From positions 432,636,001-432,700,000 of the forward strand of contig OZ024740.1 in NCBI GenBank assembly GCA_964016885.1: DNA of 64,000 nucleotides. The letters are read 5' to 3'. Of the stretch, positions 38,101-53,100 are shown piece by piece. Both the position numbers and the translations under genes were made by a program. The number at the start of each line of letters is the position of its first letter. The first letter of the stretch is position 1. The notes beneath the pieces were generated by a model. The model searched no databases. It saw only the letters and a program-made list of their open reading frames with translations, and was not told where the DNA came from. The DNA is from Eledone cirrhosa (taxonomy: Eukaryota).

Positions 38101-41100
38101 ATGTGGTCATGTAGGTGTCAAAACAAAAAGTACTCAGCACACGCTGTAGAGTGGTCATTTAAGTGTCACAACAAAAAGTACCCAGTGCACTCTGTAAATT
38201 GGTCATGTAGGTGTCACAACAAACAACACCCGGTACACACTGTAAAGTGGTCATGTAGGTGTCACAACAAAAAGTACCCAGCACACACTGTAAAGTGGTC
38301 ATTTAAGTGTCACAACAAAAAGTACCCAGTGCACTCTGTAAATTGGTCATGTAGGTGTCACAACAAAAGGTACCCAGGACACACTGTAAAGTGGTTATGT
38401 AGATGTCACAACAAAAGGTACCCAGTACACACTGTAAAGTGGTCATGTAGGTGTCACAACAAAAGCACCCAGTACACGCTGTAAAGTGGTCATGTAGGTG
38501 TCACAACAAACAACACCCAGTACACACTGTAAAGTGGTCATGTAGGTGTCACAACAAACAACACCCAGAACACACTGTAAAGTGGTAATGTAGGTGTCAC
38601 AACAAACAACACCCAGAACACACTGTAAAGTGGTCATGCAGGTGTCAGAACAAAAAATACCCAGCACACACTGTAAAGTGTTCATGTAGGAGTCACAATA
38701 AACAACACCCAGTACACACTGTAAAGTGGTCAGGTAGGTGTCACAACAAAAGGTACCCAGCACACACTGTAAAGTGGTCATGTAGGTGTCACAACAAAAA
38801 GTACTCAGCACACACTGTAAAGTGGTCATGTAGGTGTCACAACAAAAAGCAACCACTACACACTGTAGAGTGGTCATGTAGGGGTAACAACAAAAAGTAC
38901 CCAGAACACACTGTAAAGTGGTCATGTAGGTGTCACAACAAAAGGTACCCAGCCCATACTGTAAAGTGGTCATGTCGGTGTCACAACAAACAACACCCAG
39001 AACACACTGTAAAGTGGTCATGTAGGTGTCACAACAAAAGGTACCCAGCACACACTGTAAAGTGGTCATGTAGGTATCACAACAAACAACACCCAGTACA
39101 CAATGTAAAGTGGTCATGTAGGTGTCACAACAAAAGTACCCAGCACACACTGTAAATTGGTCATGTAGGTGTCACAACAAACAACACCCAGTCCACACTG
39201 TCAAGTGGTCATGTAGGTGTCACAACAAAAGGTACCCATCATACACTATGTGGTCATGTAGGTGTCAAAACAAAAAGTACTCAGCACACGCTGTAGAGTG
39301 CTCATGTAGGTGTCACAACAAACAACACCCGGTACACACTGTAAAGTGGTCATGTAGGTGTCACAACAAAAAGTACCCAGCACACACTGTAAAGTGGTCA
39401 TTTAAGTGTCACAACAAAAAGTACCCAGTGCACTCTGTAAATTGGTCATGTAGGTGTCACAACAAAAGGTACCCAGTACACACTGTAAAGTGGTCATGTA
39501 GGTGTCACAACAAAAGCACCCAGTACACGCTGTAAAGTGGTCATGTAGGTGTCACAACAAACAACACCCAGTACACACTGTAAAGTGGTCATGTAGGTGT
39601 CACAACAAACAACACCCAGCACACACTGTAAAGTGTTCATGTAGGAGTCACAATAAACAACACCCAGTACACACTGTAAAGTGGTCATGTAGGTGTCACA
39701 ACAAAAGGTACCTAGCACACACTGTAAAGTGGTCATGTAGGTATCACAACAAAAGGTACCCAGCACACACTGTAAAGTGGTCATGTAGGTATCACAACAA
39801 ACAACACCCAGTACCCAATGTAAAGTGGTCATGTAGGTGTCACAACAAACAACACCCAGTACACACTGTAAAGTGGTCATGTAGGTATCACAACAAACAA
39901 CACCCAGTACCCAATGTAAAGTGGTTATGTAGGTGTCACAACAAACAACACCCAGTACACACTGTAAAGTGGTCATGTAGGTGTCACAACAAAAGCACCC
40001 AGTACACGCTGTAAAGTGGTCATGTAGGTGTCACAACAAACAACACCCAGTACACACTGTAAAGTGGTCATGTAGGTGTCACAACAAACAACACCCAGTC
40101 TACACTGTCAAGTGTTCATGTAGGAGTCACAATAAACAACACCCAGTACACACTGTAAAGTGGTCCGGTAGGTGTCACAATTAACAACACCCAGTACACA
40201 CTGTAAAGTGGTCCGGTAGGTGTCACAACAAAAGTTACCCAGCACACACTGTAAAGTGGTCATGTAGGTGTCACAACAAAAAGTACTCAGCACACACTGT
40301 AAAGTGGTCATGTAGGTGTCACAACAAAAAGCAACCACTACACACTGTAGAGTAGTCATGTAGGGGTAACAACAAAAGGTACTCAGCACACACTGTAAAG
40401 TGGTCATGTAGGTGTCACAACAAAAAGTACCCAGCACACACTGTAAAGTGGTTATGTAGATATCACAACAAAAGGTACCCAGTACACACTGTAAAGTGGT
40501 TATGTAGGTGTCACAACAAAAAGTACCCAGCACACACTGTAAAGTGGTTATGTAGGTGTCACAACAAAAAGTACCCAGCACACACTGTAAAGTGGTCATG
40601 TAGGTGTCACAACAAAAAGTACCCAGCACACACTGTAAAGTGGTCATGTAGGTGTCACAACAAACAACACCCAGAACACACTGTAAAGTGGTCATGTAGG
40701 TGTCACAACAAAAAGTACCCAGAACACACTGTAAAGTGGTCATGTAGGTGTCACAACAAAAGGTACCCAGCCCATACTGTAAAGTGGTCATGTAGGTGTC
40801 ACAACAAACAGCACCCAGAACACACTGTAAAGTGGTTATGTAGGTGTCACAACAAAAGGTACCCAGCCCATACTGTAAAGTGGTCATGTAGGTGTCACAA
40901 CAAACAACACCCAGAACACACTGTAAAGTGGTCATGTAGGTGTCACAACAAACAACACCCAGAACACACTGTAAAGTGGTCATGTAGGTGTCACAGCAAA
41001 AAGTACCCAGCACACACTGTAAAGTGGTCATGTAGGTGTCACAACAAACAACACCCAGAACACACTGTAAAGTGGTCATGTAGGTGTAACAACAAACAAC

Positions 41101-44100
41101 ATCCAGTACACACTGTAAAGTGGTCATGTAGGTGTCACAACAAAAAGTACCCAGAACACACTGTAAAGTGGTCATGTAGGTGTCACAACAAAAGGTACCC
41201 AGCCCATACTGTAAAGTGGTCATGTAGGTGTCACAACAAAAGGTACCCAGCCCATACTGTAAAGTGGTCATGTAGGTGTCACAACAAACAACACCCAGCA
41301 CACACTGTAAAGTGGTCATGTAGGTGTAACAACAAACAACATCCAGTACACACTGTAAAGTGGTCATGTAGGTGTCACAACAAAAAGTACCCAGAACACA
41401 CTGTAAAGTGGTCATGTAGGTGTCACAACAAAAGGTACCCAGCCCATACTGTAAAGTGGTCATGTAGGTGTCACAACAAACAACACCCAGAACACACTGT
41501 AAAGTGGTCATGTAGGTGTCACAACAAAAAATACCCAGCACACACTGTAAATTGGTCATGTAGGTGTCACAACAAACAACACCCAGTCCACACTGTCAAG
41601 TGGTCATGTAGGTGTCACAACAAAAGGTACCCATCATACACTATGTGGTCATGTAGGTGTCAAAACAAACAGTACTCAGCACACGCTGTAGAGTGCTCAT
41701 GTAGGTGTCACAACAAAAAAACCCAGTCCACACTGTAGAGTGGTCATGTAGGGGTCACAACAAAAGGTACTCAGCACACACTGTAAAGTGGTCATGTAGG
41801 TGTCACAACAAAAGGTACCCGGTACACACTGTAAAGTGGTCATGTAGGTGTCACAACAAAAAGTACCCAGCACACACTGTAAAGTGGTCATGTAGGTGTC
41901 ACAACAAACAACACCCAGTACACACTGTAAAGTGGTCATATAGGTGTCACAACAAAAGGTACCCAGCACACACTGTAAAGTGGTCATGTAGGTGTCACAA
42001 CAAACACCACCCAGTCAACACTGTAAAGTGGTCAGCTAGGAATCACAACAAAAGGTCCCCAGCACACACGGTGAAGTGCTCATGTAGGTGTCACAACAAA
42101 CAACACCCAGTACACACTGTAAAGTGGTCATGTAGGTGTCACAACAAACAATACTCAGAACACACTGTAAAGTGGTCATGCAGGTGTCACAACAAAAAAT
42201 ACCAAGCACATACTGTAAAGTGGTCAAGTAGGTGTCACAACAAAAGGTACGCAGTACACACTGTAAAGTGGTCATGTAGGTGTCACAACTAACAACATCC
42301 AGTCCACACTGTAAAGTGGTCATGTAGGTGTCACACAAAAGGTACCCAGCCCACACTGTAAAGTGGTCATGTAGGTGTCACAACAAAGGGTACCCAGTAC
42401 ACACTGTAAAGTGGTCATGTAGGTGTCACAACAAAAAGTACCCAGCACACTGTAAAGTGGTCATGTAGGTGTCACAACAAAAAATACCAAGTCCACACTG
42501 TAGAGTGGTCATGTAGGGGTCACAACAAAAGGTACTCAGCTCACACTGTAAAGTGGTCATGTAGGTGTCACAACAAAAGGTACCCAGCACACACTGTAAA
42601 GTGGTCATGTAGGTGTCAAAACAAAAAGTACCCAGCACACACTGTAAAGTGGTCATGTAGGTGTCACAACAAAAAGTACCCAGTGCACTCTGTAAATTGG
42701 TCATGTAGTTGTCACAACAAAAGGTACCCAGTACACACTGTAAAGTGGTCAAGTAGGTGTCACAACAAAAGGTACGCAGTACACACTGTAAAGTGGTCAT
42801 GTAGGTGTCACAACAAAAAATACCCAGTCCACACTGTAGAGTGGTCATGTAGGGGTCACAACAAAAGGTACTCAGTACACACTGTAAAGTGGTCATGTAG
42901 GTGTCACAACAAAAGCACCAAGTACACACTGTAAAGTGGTCATGTAGGTGTCACAACAAAGAACACACAGTACACACTGAAAAGTGGTCATGTAGGTGTC
43001 ATAACAAAAGGTACCCAGCACACACTGTAAAGTGGTCATGTAGGTGTCACAACAAAAAGTACCCAGCACACACGGTAAAGTGGTCATGTAGGTCTCACAA
43101 CAAAAGGTACCCAGTACACACTGTAAAGTGGTCATGTAGGTGTCACAACAAAAAGTACCCAGCACACACTGTAAAGTGGTCATGTAGGTGTCATAACAAA
43201 CACCACCCAGTCAACACTGTGAAGTGGTCAGCTAGGAATCACAAAAAAAAGTCCCCAGCACACATGGTGAAGTGGTCATGTAGGTGTCACAACAAACAAC
43301 ACCCAGTACACACTGTAAAGTGGTCATGTAGGTGTCACAACAAACAATACCCAGAACACACTGTAAAGTGGTCATGCAGGTGTCACAACAAAAAATACCC
43401 AGCACACACTGTAAAGTGTTCATGTAGGAGTCACAACGAACAACACCCAGTACACACTGTAAAGTGGTCAAGTAGGTGTCACAACAAAAGTTACGCAGTA
43501 CACGCTGTAAAGTGGTCATGTAGGTGTCACAACAAAGGGTACCCAGTACACACTGTAAAGTGGTCATGTAGGTGTCAAAACAAAAGGTACTCAGCACACA
43601 CTGTAAAGTGGTCATGTAGGTGTCACAACAAAAGCTACCCAGCACACACTGTAAAGTGGTTATGTAGATGTCACACCAAAAGGTACCCGGTACACACTGT
43701 ACAGTGGTCATGTAGGTGTCACAACAAAAGCACCCAGTACACACTGTAAAGTGGTCATGTAGGTGTCACAACAAAAAGTACCCAGTCCACACTGTAGAGT
43801 GGTCATCTAGGGGTCACAAGAAAAGGTACTCAGCACACACTGTAAAGTGGTCATGTAGGTGTCACAACAAAAATTACCCAGCACACACGGTAAAGTGGTC
43901 ATGTAGGTGTCACAACAAAAGGTACCCAGTACACACTGTAAAGTGGTCATGTAGGTGTCACAACAAAAAGTACCCAGCACACACTGTAAAGTGGTCATGT
44001 AGGTGTCACAACAAACACCACCCAGTCAACACTGTAAAGTGGTCAGCTAGGAATCACAACAAAAAGTCCCCAGCACACACGGTGAAGTGGTCATGTAGCT

Positions 44101-47100
44101 GTCACAACAAACAACACCCAGTACACACTGTAAAGTGGTTATGTAGGTGTCACAACAAACAATACCCAGAACACACTGTAAAGTGGTCATGCAGGAATCA
44201 CAACAAAAAATACCCAGCACACACTGTAGAGTGTTCATGTAGGAGCCACAACAAACAACACCCAGTACACACTGTAAAGTGGTCAAGTAGGTGTCACAAC
44301 AAAAGGTACGCAGTACACACTGTAAAGTGGTCATGTAGGTGTCACAACAAAAAGTACTCAGCACATTGTAAAGTGGTCATGTAGGTGTCACAACAAAAAG
44401 TACCCAGTCCACACTGTAGAGTGGTCATCTAGGGGTCACAACAAAAGGTACTCAGCACACACTGTAAAGTGGTCATGTGGGTGTCACAACAAAAGGTACC
44501 CAGCACATACTGTAAAGTGGTTATGTAAATGTCACAACAAAAGGTACCCAGTACACACTGTAAAGTGGTCATGTAGGTGTCACAACAAAAAGTACCCAGC
44601 ACACTCTGTAAAGTGGTCATGTAGGTGTCACAACAAAAAGTACCGAGCACACACTGTAAAGTGGTCATGTAGGTGTCACAAGAAACACCACCCAGTCAAC
44701 ACTGTAAAGTAGTCAGGTAGGAATCACAACAACAAGTCCCCAGCACACACGGTAAAGTGGTCATGTAGGTGTCACAACAAAAAGTACCCAGTACACACGG
44801 TAAAGTGGTCATGTAGGTGTCACAACAAAAAGTACCCAGCACACACTGTAAAGTGGTCATGCAGGTGTCAAAACAAAAAGTACCCAGCACACACTGTAAA
44901 GTGGTTATGTAGATGTCACAACAAAAGGTACCCAGTACACACTGTAAAGTGGTCATGTAGGTGTCACAACAAAAGCACCAAGTACAGACTGTAAAGTGGT
45001 CATGTAGGTGTCACAACAAACAACACCCAGTACACACTGTAAAGTGGTCATGTAGGTGTCACAACAAAAGGTACCCAGCACACACTGTAAAGTGGTCATG
45101 TAGGTGTCACAACAAAAAGTACCCAGCACACACGGTAAAGTGGTCATGTAGGTCTCACAACAAAAGGTACCCAGTACACACTGTAATGTGGTCATGTAGG
45201 TGTCACAACAAAAAGTACCCAGCACACACTGTAAAGTGGTCATGTAGGTGTCACAACAAACACCACCCAGTCAACACCGTAAAGTGGTCAGCTAGGAATC
45301 ACAACAAAAGGTCCCCAGCACACACGGTGAAGTGGTCATGTAGGTGTCACAACAAACAACACCCAGTACACACTGTAAAGTGGTCATGTAGGTGTCACAA
45401 CAAACAATACCCAGAACACACTGTAAAGTGGTCATGCAGGTGTCACAACAAAAAATACCCAGCACACACTATAAAGTGGTCAAGTAGGTGTCACAACAAA
45501 AGGTACGCAGTACACACTGTAAAGTGGTCATGTAGGTGTGACAACTAACAACATCCAGTCCACACTGTAAAGTGGTCATGTAGGTGTCACACAAAAGGTA
45601 CCCAGCCCACACTGTAAAGTGGTCATGTAGGTGTCACAACAAAGGGTACCCAGTACACACTGTAAAGTGGTCATGTAGGTGTCACAACAAAAAGTACTCA
45701 GCACACTGAAAAGTGGTCATGTAGGTGTCACAACAAAAAATACCAAGTCCACACTGCAGAGTGGTCATGTAGGGGTCACAAGAAAAGGTATTCAGCACAC
45801 ACTGTAAAGTGGTCATGTAGGTGTCACAACAAAAGGTACCCAGCACACACTGTAAAGTGGTCATGTAGGTGTCAAAACAAAAAGTACCCAGCACACACTG
45901 TAAAGTGGTCATGTAGGTGTCACAACAAAAAGTAACCAGTGCACTCTGTAAATTGGTCATGTAGGTGTCACAACAAAAGGTACCCATCACACACTGTAAA
46001 GTGGTTATGTACATGTCACAACAAAAGCACCCAGTACACACTGTAAAGTGGTCATGTAGGTGTCACAACAAAAAATACCCAGTCCACACTGTAGAGTGGT
46101 CATGTAGGGGTCACAACAAACAACACCCAGTACACACTGTAAAGTGGTCATGTAGGTGTCACAACAAACAATACCCAGAACACACTGTAAAGTGGTCATG
46201 CAGGTGTCACAACAAAAAATACCCAGCACACACTGTAAAGTGTTCATGTAGGAGTCACAACGAACAACACCCAGTACACACTGTAAAGTGGTCAAGTAGG
46301 TGTCACAACAAAAGTTACGCAGTACACTGTAAAGTGGTCATGTAGGTGTCACAACAAAAAGTACCCAGTCCACACTGTAGAGTGGTCATCTAGGGGTCAC
46401 AACAAAAGGTACTCAGCACACACTGTAAAGTGGTCATGTAGGTGTCACAACAAAAGGTACCCAGCACACACTGTAAAGTGGTTATGTAGATGTCACAACA
46501 AAAGGTACCCAGCACAATCTGTAAAGTGGTCATGTAGGTGTCACAACAAACACCACCGTCAACACTGTAAAGTGGTCAGCTAGGAATCACAACAAAAAGT
46601 CCCCAGCACACACGGTGAAGTGGTCATGTAGGTGTCACAACAAACAACACCCAGTACACACTGTAAAGTGGTCAGGTAGCAATCACAACAACAAGTCCCC
46701 AGCACACACGGTGAAGTGGTCATGTAGGTGTCACAACAAAAAATACCCAGCACACACTGTAAAGTGTTCATGTAGGAGTCACAACAAACAACACCAAGTA
46801 CACACTGTAAAGTGGTTATGTAGGTGTCACAACAAAAGGTACCCAGCACACACTGTAAAGTGGTTATGTAGATGTCACAACAAAAGGTACCCAGTACACA
46901 CTGTAAAGTGGTCAAGTAGGTGTCACAACAAAAACACCCAGTACACATTGTAAAGTGGTCATGTGGGTGTCACAACAAAAAACACCCAGTACACACTGTA
47001 AAGTGGTCATGTAGGTGTCACAACAAAAGGTACCCAGCACACACTGTAAAGTGGTCATGTAGGTGTCACAAAAAAAGGTACCCAGTACACACTGTAAAGT

Positions 47101-50100
47101 GGTCATGTAGGTGTCACAACAAAAGCACCCAGTACACACTGTAAAGTGGTCATGTAGGTGTCACAACAAACAACACCCAGTACACACTGTAAAGTGGTCA
47201 TGTAGGTGTCACAACAAAAAGTACCCAGCACACACGGTAAAGTGGTCATGTAGGTGTCACAACAAAAAGTACCCAGTACACACGGTAAAGTGGTCATGTA
47301 GGTGTCACAACAAAAAGTACCCAGCACACACTGTAAAGTGGTCATGAAGGTGTCACAACAAACAATACCAAGAACACACTGTAAAGTGGTCATGCAGGTG
47401 TCACAACAAAAAATACCCAGCACACACTGTAAAGTGTTCATGTAGGAGTCACAACAAACAACACCCAGTACACACTGTAAAGTGGTCAAGTAGGTGTCAC
47501 AACAAAAGGTACGCAGTACACATTGTAAAGTGGTCATGTAGGTGTCACAACAAAAAGTACTCAGCACACTGTAAATTGGTCATGTAGGTGTCACAACAAA
47601 AAGTACCCAGCACACACGGTAAAGTGGTCATGTAGGTCTCACAACAAAAGGTACCCAGTACACATTGTAAAGTGGTCATGTAGGTGTCACAACAAAAAGT
47701 ACTCAGCACACTGTAAAGTGGTCATGTAGGTGTCACAACAAAAAATACCAAGTCCACACTGTAGAGTGATCATGTAGGGGTCACAACAAAAGGTATTCAG
47801 CACACACTGTAAAGTGGTCATGTAGGTGTCACAACAAAAGGTACCCAGCACACACTGTAAAGTGGTCATGTAGGTGTCAAAACAAAAAGTACCCAGCACA
47901 CACTGTAAAGTGGTCATGTAGGTGTCACAACAAAAAGTACCCAGTGCACTCTGTAAATTGGTCATGTAGGTGTCACAACAAAAGGTACTCAGTACACACT
48001 GTAAAGTGGTCATGTAGGTGTCACAACAAACAACATCCAGTCCACACTGTAAAGTGGTAATGTAGGTGTCACACAAAAGGTACCCAGTCCACACTGTAGA
48101 GTGGTCATGTAGGGGTCACAACAAAAGGTACTCAGTACACACTGTAAAGTGGTCATGTAGGTGTCACAACAGAAGCACCAAGTACACACTGTAATGTGGT
48201 CATGTAGGTGTCACAACAAACAACACACAGTACACACTGTAAAGTGGTCATGTAGGTGTCACAACAAAAGGTACCCAGCACACACTGTAAAGTGGTCATG
48301 TAGGTGTCACAACAAAAAGTACCCAGCACACACGGTAAAGTGGTCATGTAGGTCTCACAACAAAAGGTACCCAGTACACACTGTAAAGTGGTCATGTAGG
48401 TGTCACAACAAAAAGTACCCAGCACACACTGTAAAGTGGTCATGTAGGTGTCACAACAAACACCACCCAGTCAACACTGTAAAGTGGTCATCTAGGAATC
48501 ACAAAAAAAAGTCCCCAGCACACATGGTGAAGTGGTCATGTAGGTGTCACAACAAACAACACCCAGTACACACTGTGAAGTGGTCATGTAGGTGTCACAA
48601 CAAAAAGTACCCAGTGCACTCTGTAAATTGGTCATGTAGGTGTCACAACAAAAGGTACCCATCACACACTGTAAAGTGGTTATGTAGATGTCACCACAAA
48701 AGGTACCCAGTACACACTGTAAAGTGGTCATGTAGGTGTCACAACAAACAATACCCAGAACACACTGTAAAGTGGTCATGCAGGTGTCACAACAAAAAAT
48801 ACCCAGCACACACTGTAAAGTGTTCATGTAGGTGTCACAACGAACAACACCCAGTACACACTGTAAAGTGGTCAAGTAGGTGTCACAACAAAAGTTACGC
48901 AGTACACACTGTAAAGTGGTCATGTAGGTGTCACAACAAACAACATCCAGTCCACACTGTAAAGTGGTAATGTAGGTGTCACACAAAAGGTACCCAGCCC
49001 ACACTGTAAAGTGGTCATGTAGGTGTCACAACAAAGGGTACCCAGTACACACTGTAAAGTGGTCATGTAGGTGTCACAACAAAGGGTACCCAGTACACAC
49101 TGTAAAGTGGTCATGTAGGTGTCAAAATAAAAAGTACTCAGAACAGTGTAAAGTGGTCATGTAGGTGTCACAACAAAAAATACCAAGTCCACACTGTAGA
49201 GTGGTCTGGCAGGGGTCACAACAAAAGGTACTCAGCACACACTGTAAAGTGGTCATGTAGGTGTCACAACAAAAGGTACCCAGCACACACTGTAAAGTGG
49301 TTATGTAGATGTCACAACAAAAGGTACCCGGTACACACTGTAAAGTGGTCATGTAGGTGTCACAACAAAAAGTACCCAGCACCCACTGTAAAGTGGTCAT
49401 GTAGGTGTCAAAACAAAAAGTACCCAGCACACACTGTAAAGTGGTCATGTAGGTGTCACAACAAAAAGTACCCAGTGCACTCTGTAAATTGGTCATGTAG
49501 GTGACACAACAAAAGGTACCCAGCACACACTGTAAAGTGGTTATGTAGATGTCACAACAAAAGGTACCCAGTACACACTGTAAAGTGGTCATGTAGGTGT
49601 CACAACAAAAGCACCCAGTACACACTGTATAGTGGTCATGTAGGTGTCACAACAAAAAGTACGCAGTCCACACTGTAGAGTGGTCATCTAGGGGTCACAA
49701 GAAAAGGTACTCAGCACACACTGTAAAGTGGTCATGTAGGTGTCACAACAAAAATTACCCAGCACACACGGTAAAGTGGTCATGCAGGTGTCACAACAAA
49801 AGGTACCCAGTCCACACTGTAAAGTGGTCATGTAGGTGTCACAACAAAAAGTACCAAGTACACACTGTAAAGTGGTCATGTAGGTATCACAACAAACACC
49901 ACCCAGTCAACACTGTAAAGTGGTCAGCTAGGAATCACAACAAAAAGTCCCCAGCACACACGGTGAAGTGGTCATGTAGGTGTCACAACAAACAACACCC
50001 AGTACACACTGTAAAGTGGTTATGTAGGTGTCACAACAAACAATACCCAGAACACACTGTAAAGTGGACATGCAGGAATCACAACAAAAAATAGCCAGCA

Positions 50101-53100
50101 CACACTGTAAAGTGTTCATGTAGGAGTCACAACAAACAACACCCAGTACACACTGTAAAGTGGTCAAGTAGGTGTCACAACAAAAGGTACGCAGTACACA
50201 CTGTAAAGTGGTCATGTAGGTGTCACAACAAAAAGTACCCAGTCCACACTGTAGAGTGGTCATCTAGGGGTCACAACAAAAGGTACTCAGCACACACTGT
50301 AAAGTGGTCATGTAGATGTCACAACAAAAGGTACCCAGTACACACTGTAAAGTGGTCATGTAGGTGTCACAACAAAAGGAACCCAGCACACACTGTAAAG
50401 TGGTTATGTAGATGTCACAACAAAAGGTACCCAGTACACACTGTAAAGTGGTCAAGTAGGTGTCACAACAAAAACACCCAGTTCACACTGTAAAGTGGTC
50501 ATGTGGGTGTCACAACAAACAACACCCAGTACACACTGTAAAGTGGTCAGGTAGGTGTCACAACAAAGGTACCCAGCACACACTGTAAAGTGGTCATGTA
50601 GGTGTCAAAACAAAAAGTACCCAGCACAGACTGTCAAGTGGTCATGTAGGTGTCACAACAAAAAGTACCCAGTGCACTCTGTAAATTGGTCATGTAGGTG
50701 TCACAACAAAAGGTACCCAGCACACACTGTAAAGTGGTTATGTAGATGTCACAAAAAAAGGTACCCAGTACACACTGTAAAGTGGTCATGTAGGTGTCAC
50801 AACAAAAGCACCCAGTACACACTGTAAAGTGGTCATGTAGGTGTCACAACAAACAACACCCAGTACACACTGTAAAGTGGTCAGGTAGGTGTCACAACAA
50901 AAGGTACCCAGCACACACTGTAAAGTGGTCATGTAGGTGTCACAACAAAAAGTACCCAGCACACACGGTAAAGTGGTCATGTAGGTGTCACAACAAAAAG
51001 TACCCAGTACACACGGTAAAGTGGTCATGTAGGTGTCACAACAAAAAGTACTCAGCACACTGTAAAGTGGTCATGTAGGTGTCACAACAAAAAATACCAA
51101 GTCCACACTGTAGAGTGATCATGTAGGGGTCACAACAAAAGGTATTCAGCACACACTGTAAAGTGGTCATGTAGGTGTCACAACAAAAGGTACCCAGCAC
51201 ACACTGTAAAGTGGTCATGTAGGTGTCAAAACAAAAAGTACCCAGCACACACTGTAAAGTGGTCATGTAGGTGTCACAACAAAAAGTACCCAGTGCACTC
51301 TGTAAATTGGTCATGTAGGTGTCACAACAAAAGGTACTCAGTACACACTGTAAAGTGGTCATGTAGGTGTCACAACAAACAACATCCAGTCCACACTGTA
51401 AAGTGGTAACGTAGGTGTCACACAAAAGGTACCCAGTCCACACTGTAGAGTGGTCATGTAGGGGTCACAACAAAAGGTACTCAGTACACACTGTAAAGTG
51501 GTCATGTAGGTGTCACAACAAAAGCACCAAGTACACACTGTAATGTGGTCATGTAGGTGTCACAACAAACAACACACAGTACACACTGTAAAGTGGTCAT
51601 GTAGGTGTCACAACAAAAGGTACCCAGCACACACTGTAAAGTGGTCATGTAGGTGTCACAACAAAAAGTACCCAGCACACACGGTAAAGTGGTCATGTAG
51701 GTCTCACAACAAAAGGTACCCAGTACACACTGTAAAGTGGTCATGTAGGTGTCACAACAAAAAGTACCCAGCACACACTGTAAAGTGGTCATGTAGGTGT
51801 CACAACAAACACCACCCAGTCAACACTGTAAAGTGGTCATCTAGGAATCACAAAAAAAAGTCCCCAGCACACATGGTGAAGTGGTCATGTAGGTGTCACA
51901 ACAAACAACACCCAGTACACACTGTGAAGTGGTCATGTAGGTGTCACAACAAAAAGTACCCAGTGCACTCTGTAAATTGGTCATGTAGGTGTCACAACAA
52001 AAGGTACCCATCACACACTGTAAAGTGGTTATGTAGATGTCACCACAAAAGGTACCCAGTACACACTGTAAAGTGGTCATGTAGGTGTCACAACAAAAGC
52101 ACCCAGTACACACTGTAAAGTGGTCATGTAGGTGTCACAACAAACAATACCCAGAACACACTGTAAAGTGGTCATGCAGGTGTCACAACAAAAAATACCC
52201 AGCACACACTGTAAAGTGTTCATGTAGGTGTCACAACGAACAACACCCAGTACACACTGTAAAGTGGTCAAGTAGGTGTCACAACAAAAGTTACGCAGTA
52301 CACACTGTAAAGTGGTCATGTAGGTGTCACAACAAACAACATCCAGTCCACACTGTAAAGTGGTAATGTAGGTGTCACACAAAAGGTACCCAGCCCACAC
52401 TGTAAAGTGGTCATGTAGGTGTCACAACAAAGGGTACCCAGTACACACTGTAAAGTGGTCATGTAGGTGTCACAACAAAGGGTACCCAGTACACACTGTA
52501 AAGTGGTCATGTAGGTGTCAAAATAAAAAGTACTCAGAACAGTGTAAAGTGGTCATGTAGGTGTCACAACAAAAAATACCAAGTCCACACTGTAGAGTGG
52601 TCTGGCAGGGGTCACAACAAAAGGTACTCAGCACACACTGTAAAGTGGTCATGTAGGTGTCACAACAAAAGGTACCCAGCACACACTGTAAAGTGGTTAT
52701 GTAGATGTCACAACAAAAGGTACCCGGTACACACTGTAAAGTGGTCATGTAGGTGTCACAACAAAAAGTACTCAGCACACACTGTAAAGTGGTCATGTAG
52801 GTGTCAAAACAAAAAGTACCCAGCACACACTGTAAAGTGGTCATGTAGGTGTCACAACAAAAAGTACCCAGTGCACTCTGTAAATTGGTCATGTAGGTGA
52901 CACAACAAAAGGTACCCAGCACACACTGTAAAGTGGTTATGTAGATGTCACAACAAAAGGTACCCAGTACACACTGTAAAGTGGTCATGTAGGTGTCACA
53001 ACAAAAGCACCCAGTACACACTGTATAGTGGTCATGTAGGTGTCACAACAAAAAGTACGCAGTCCACACTGTAGAGTGGTCATCTAGGGGTCACAAGAAA

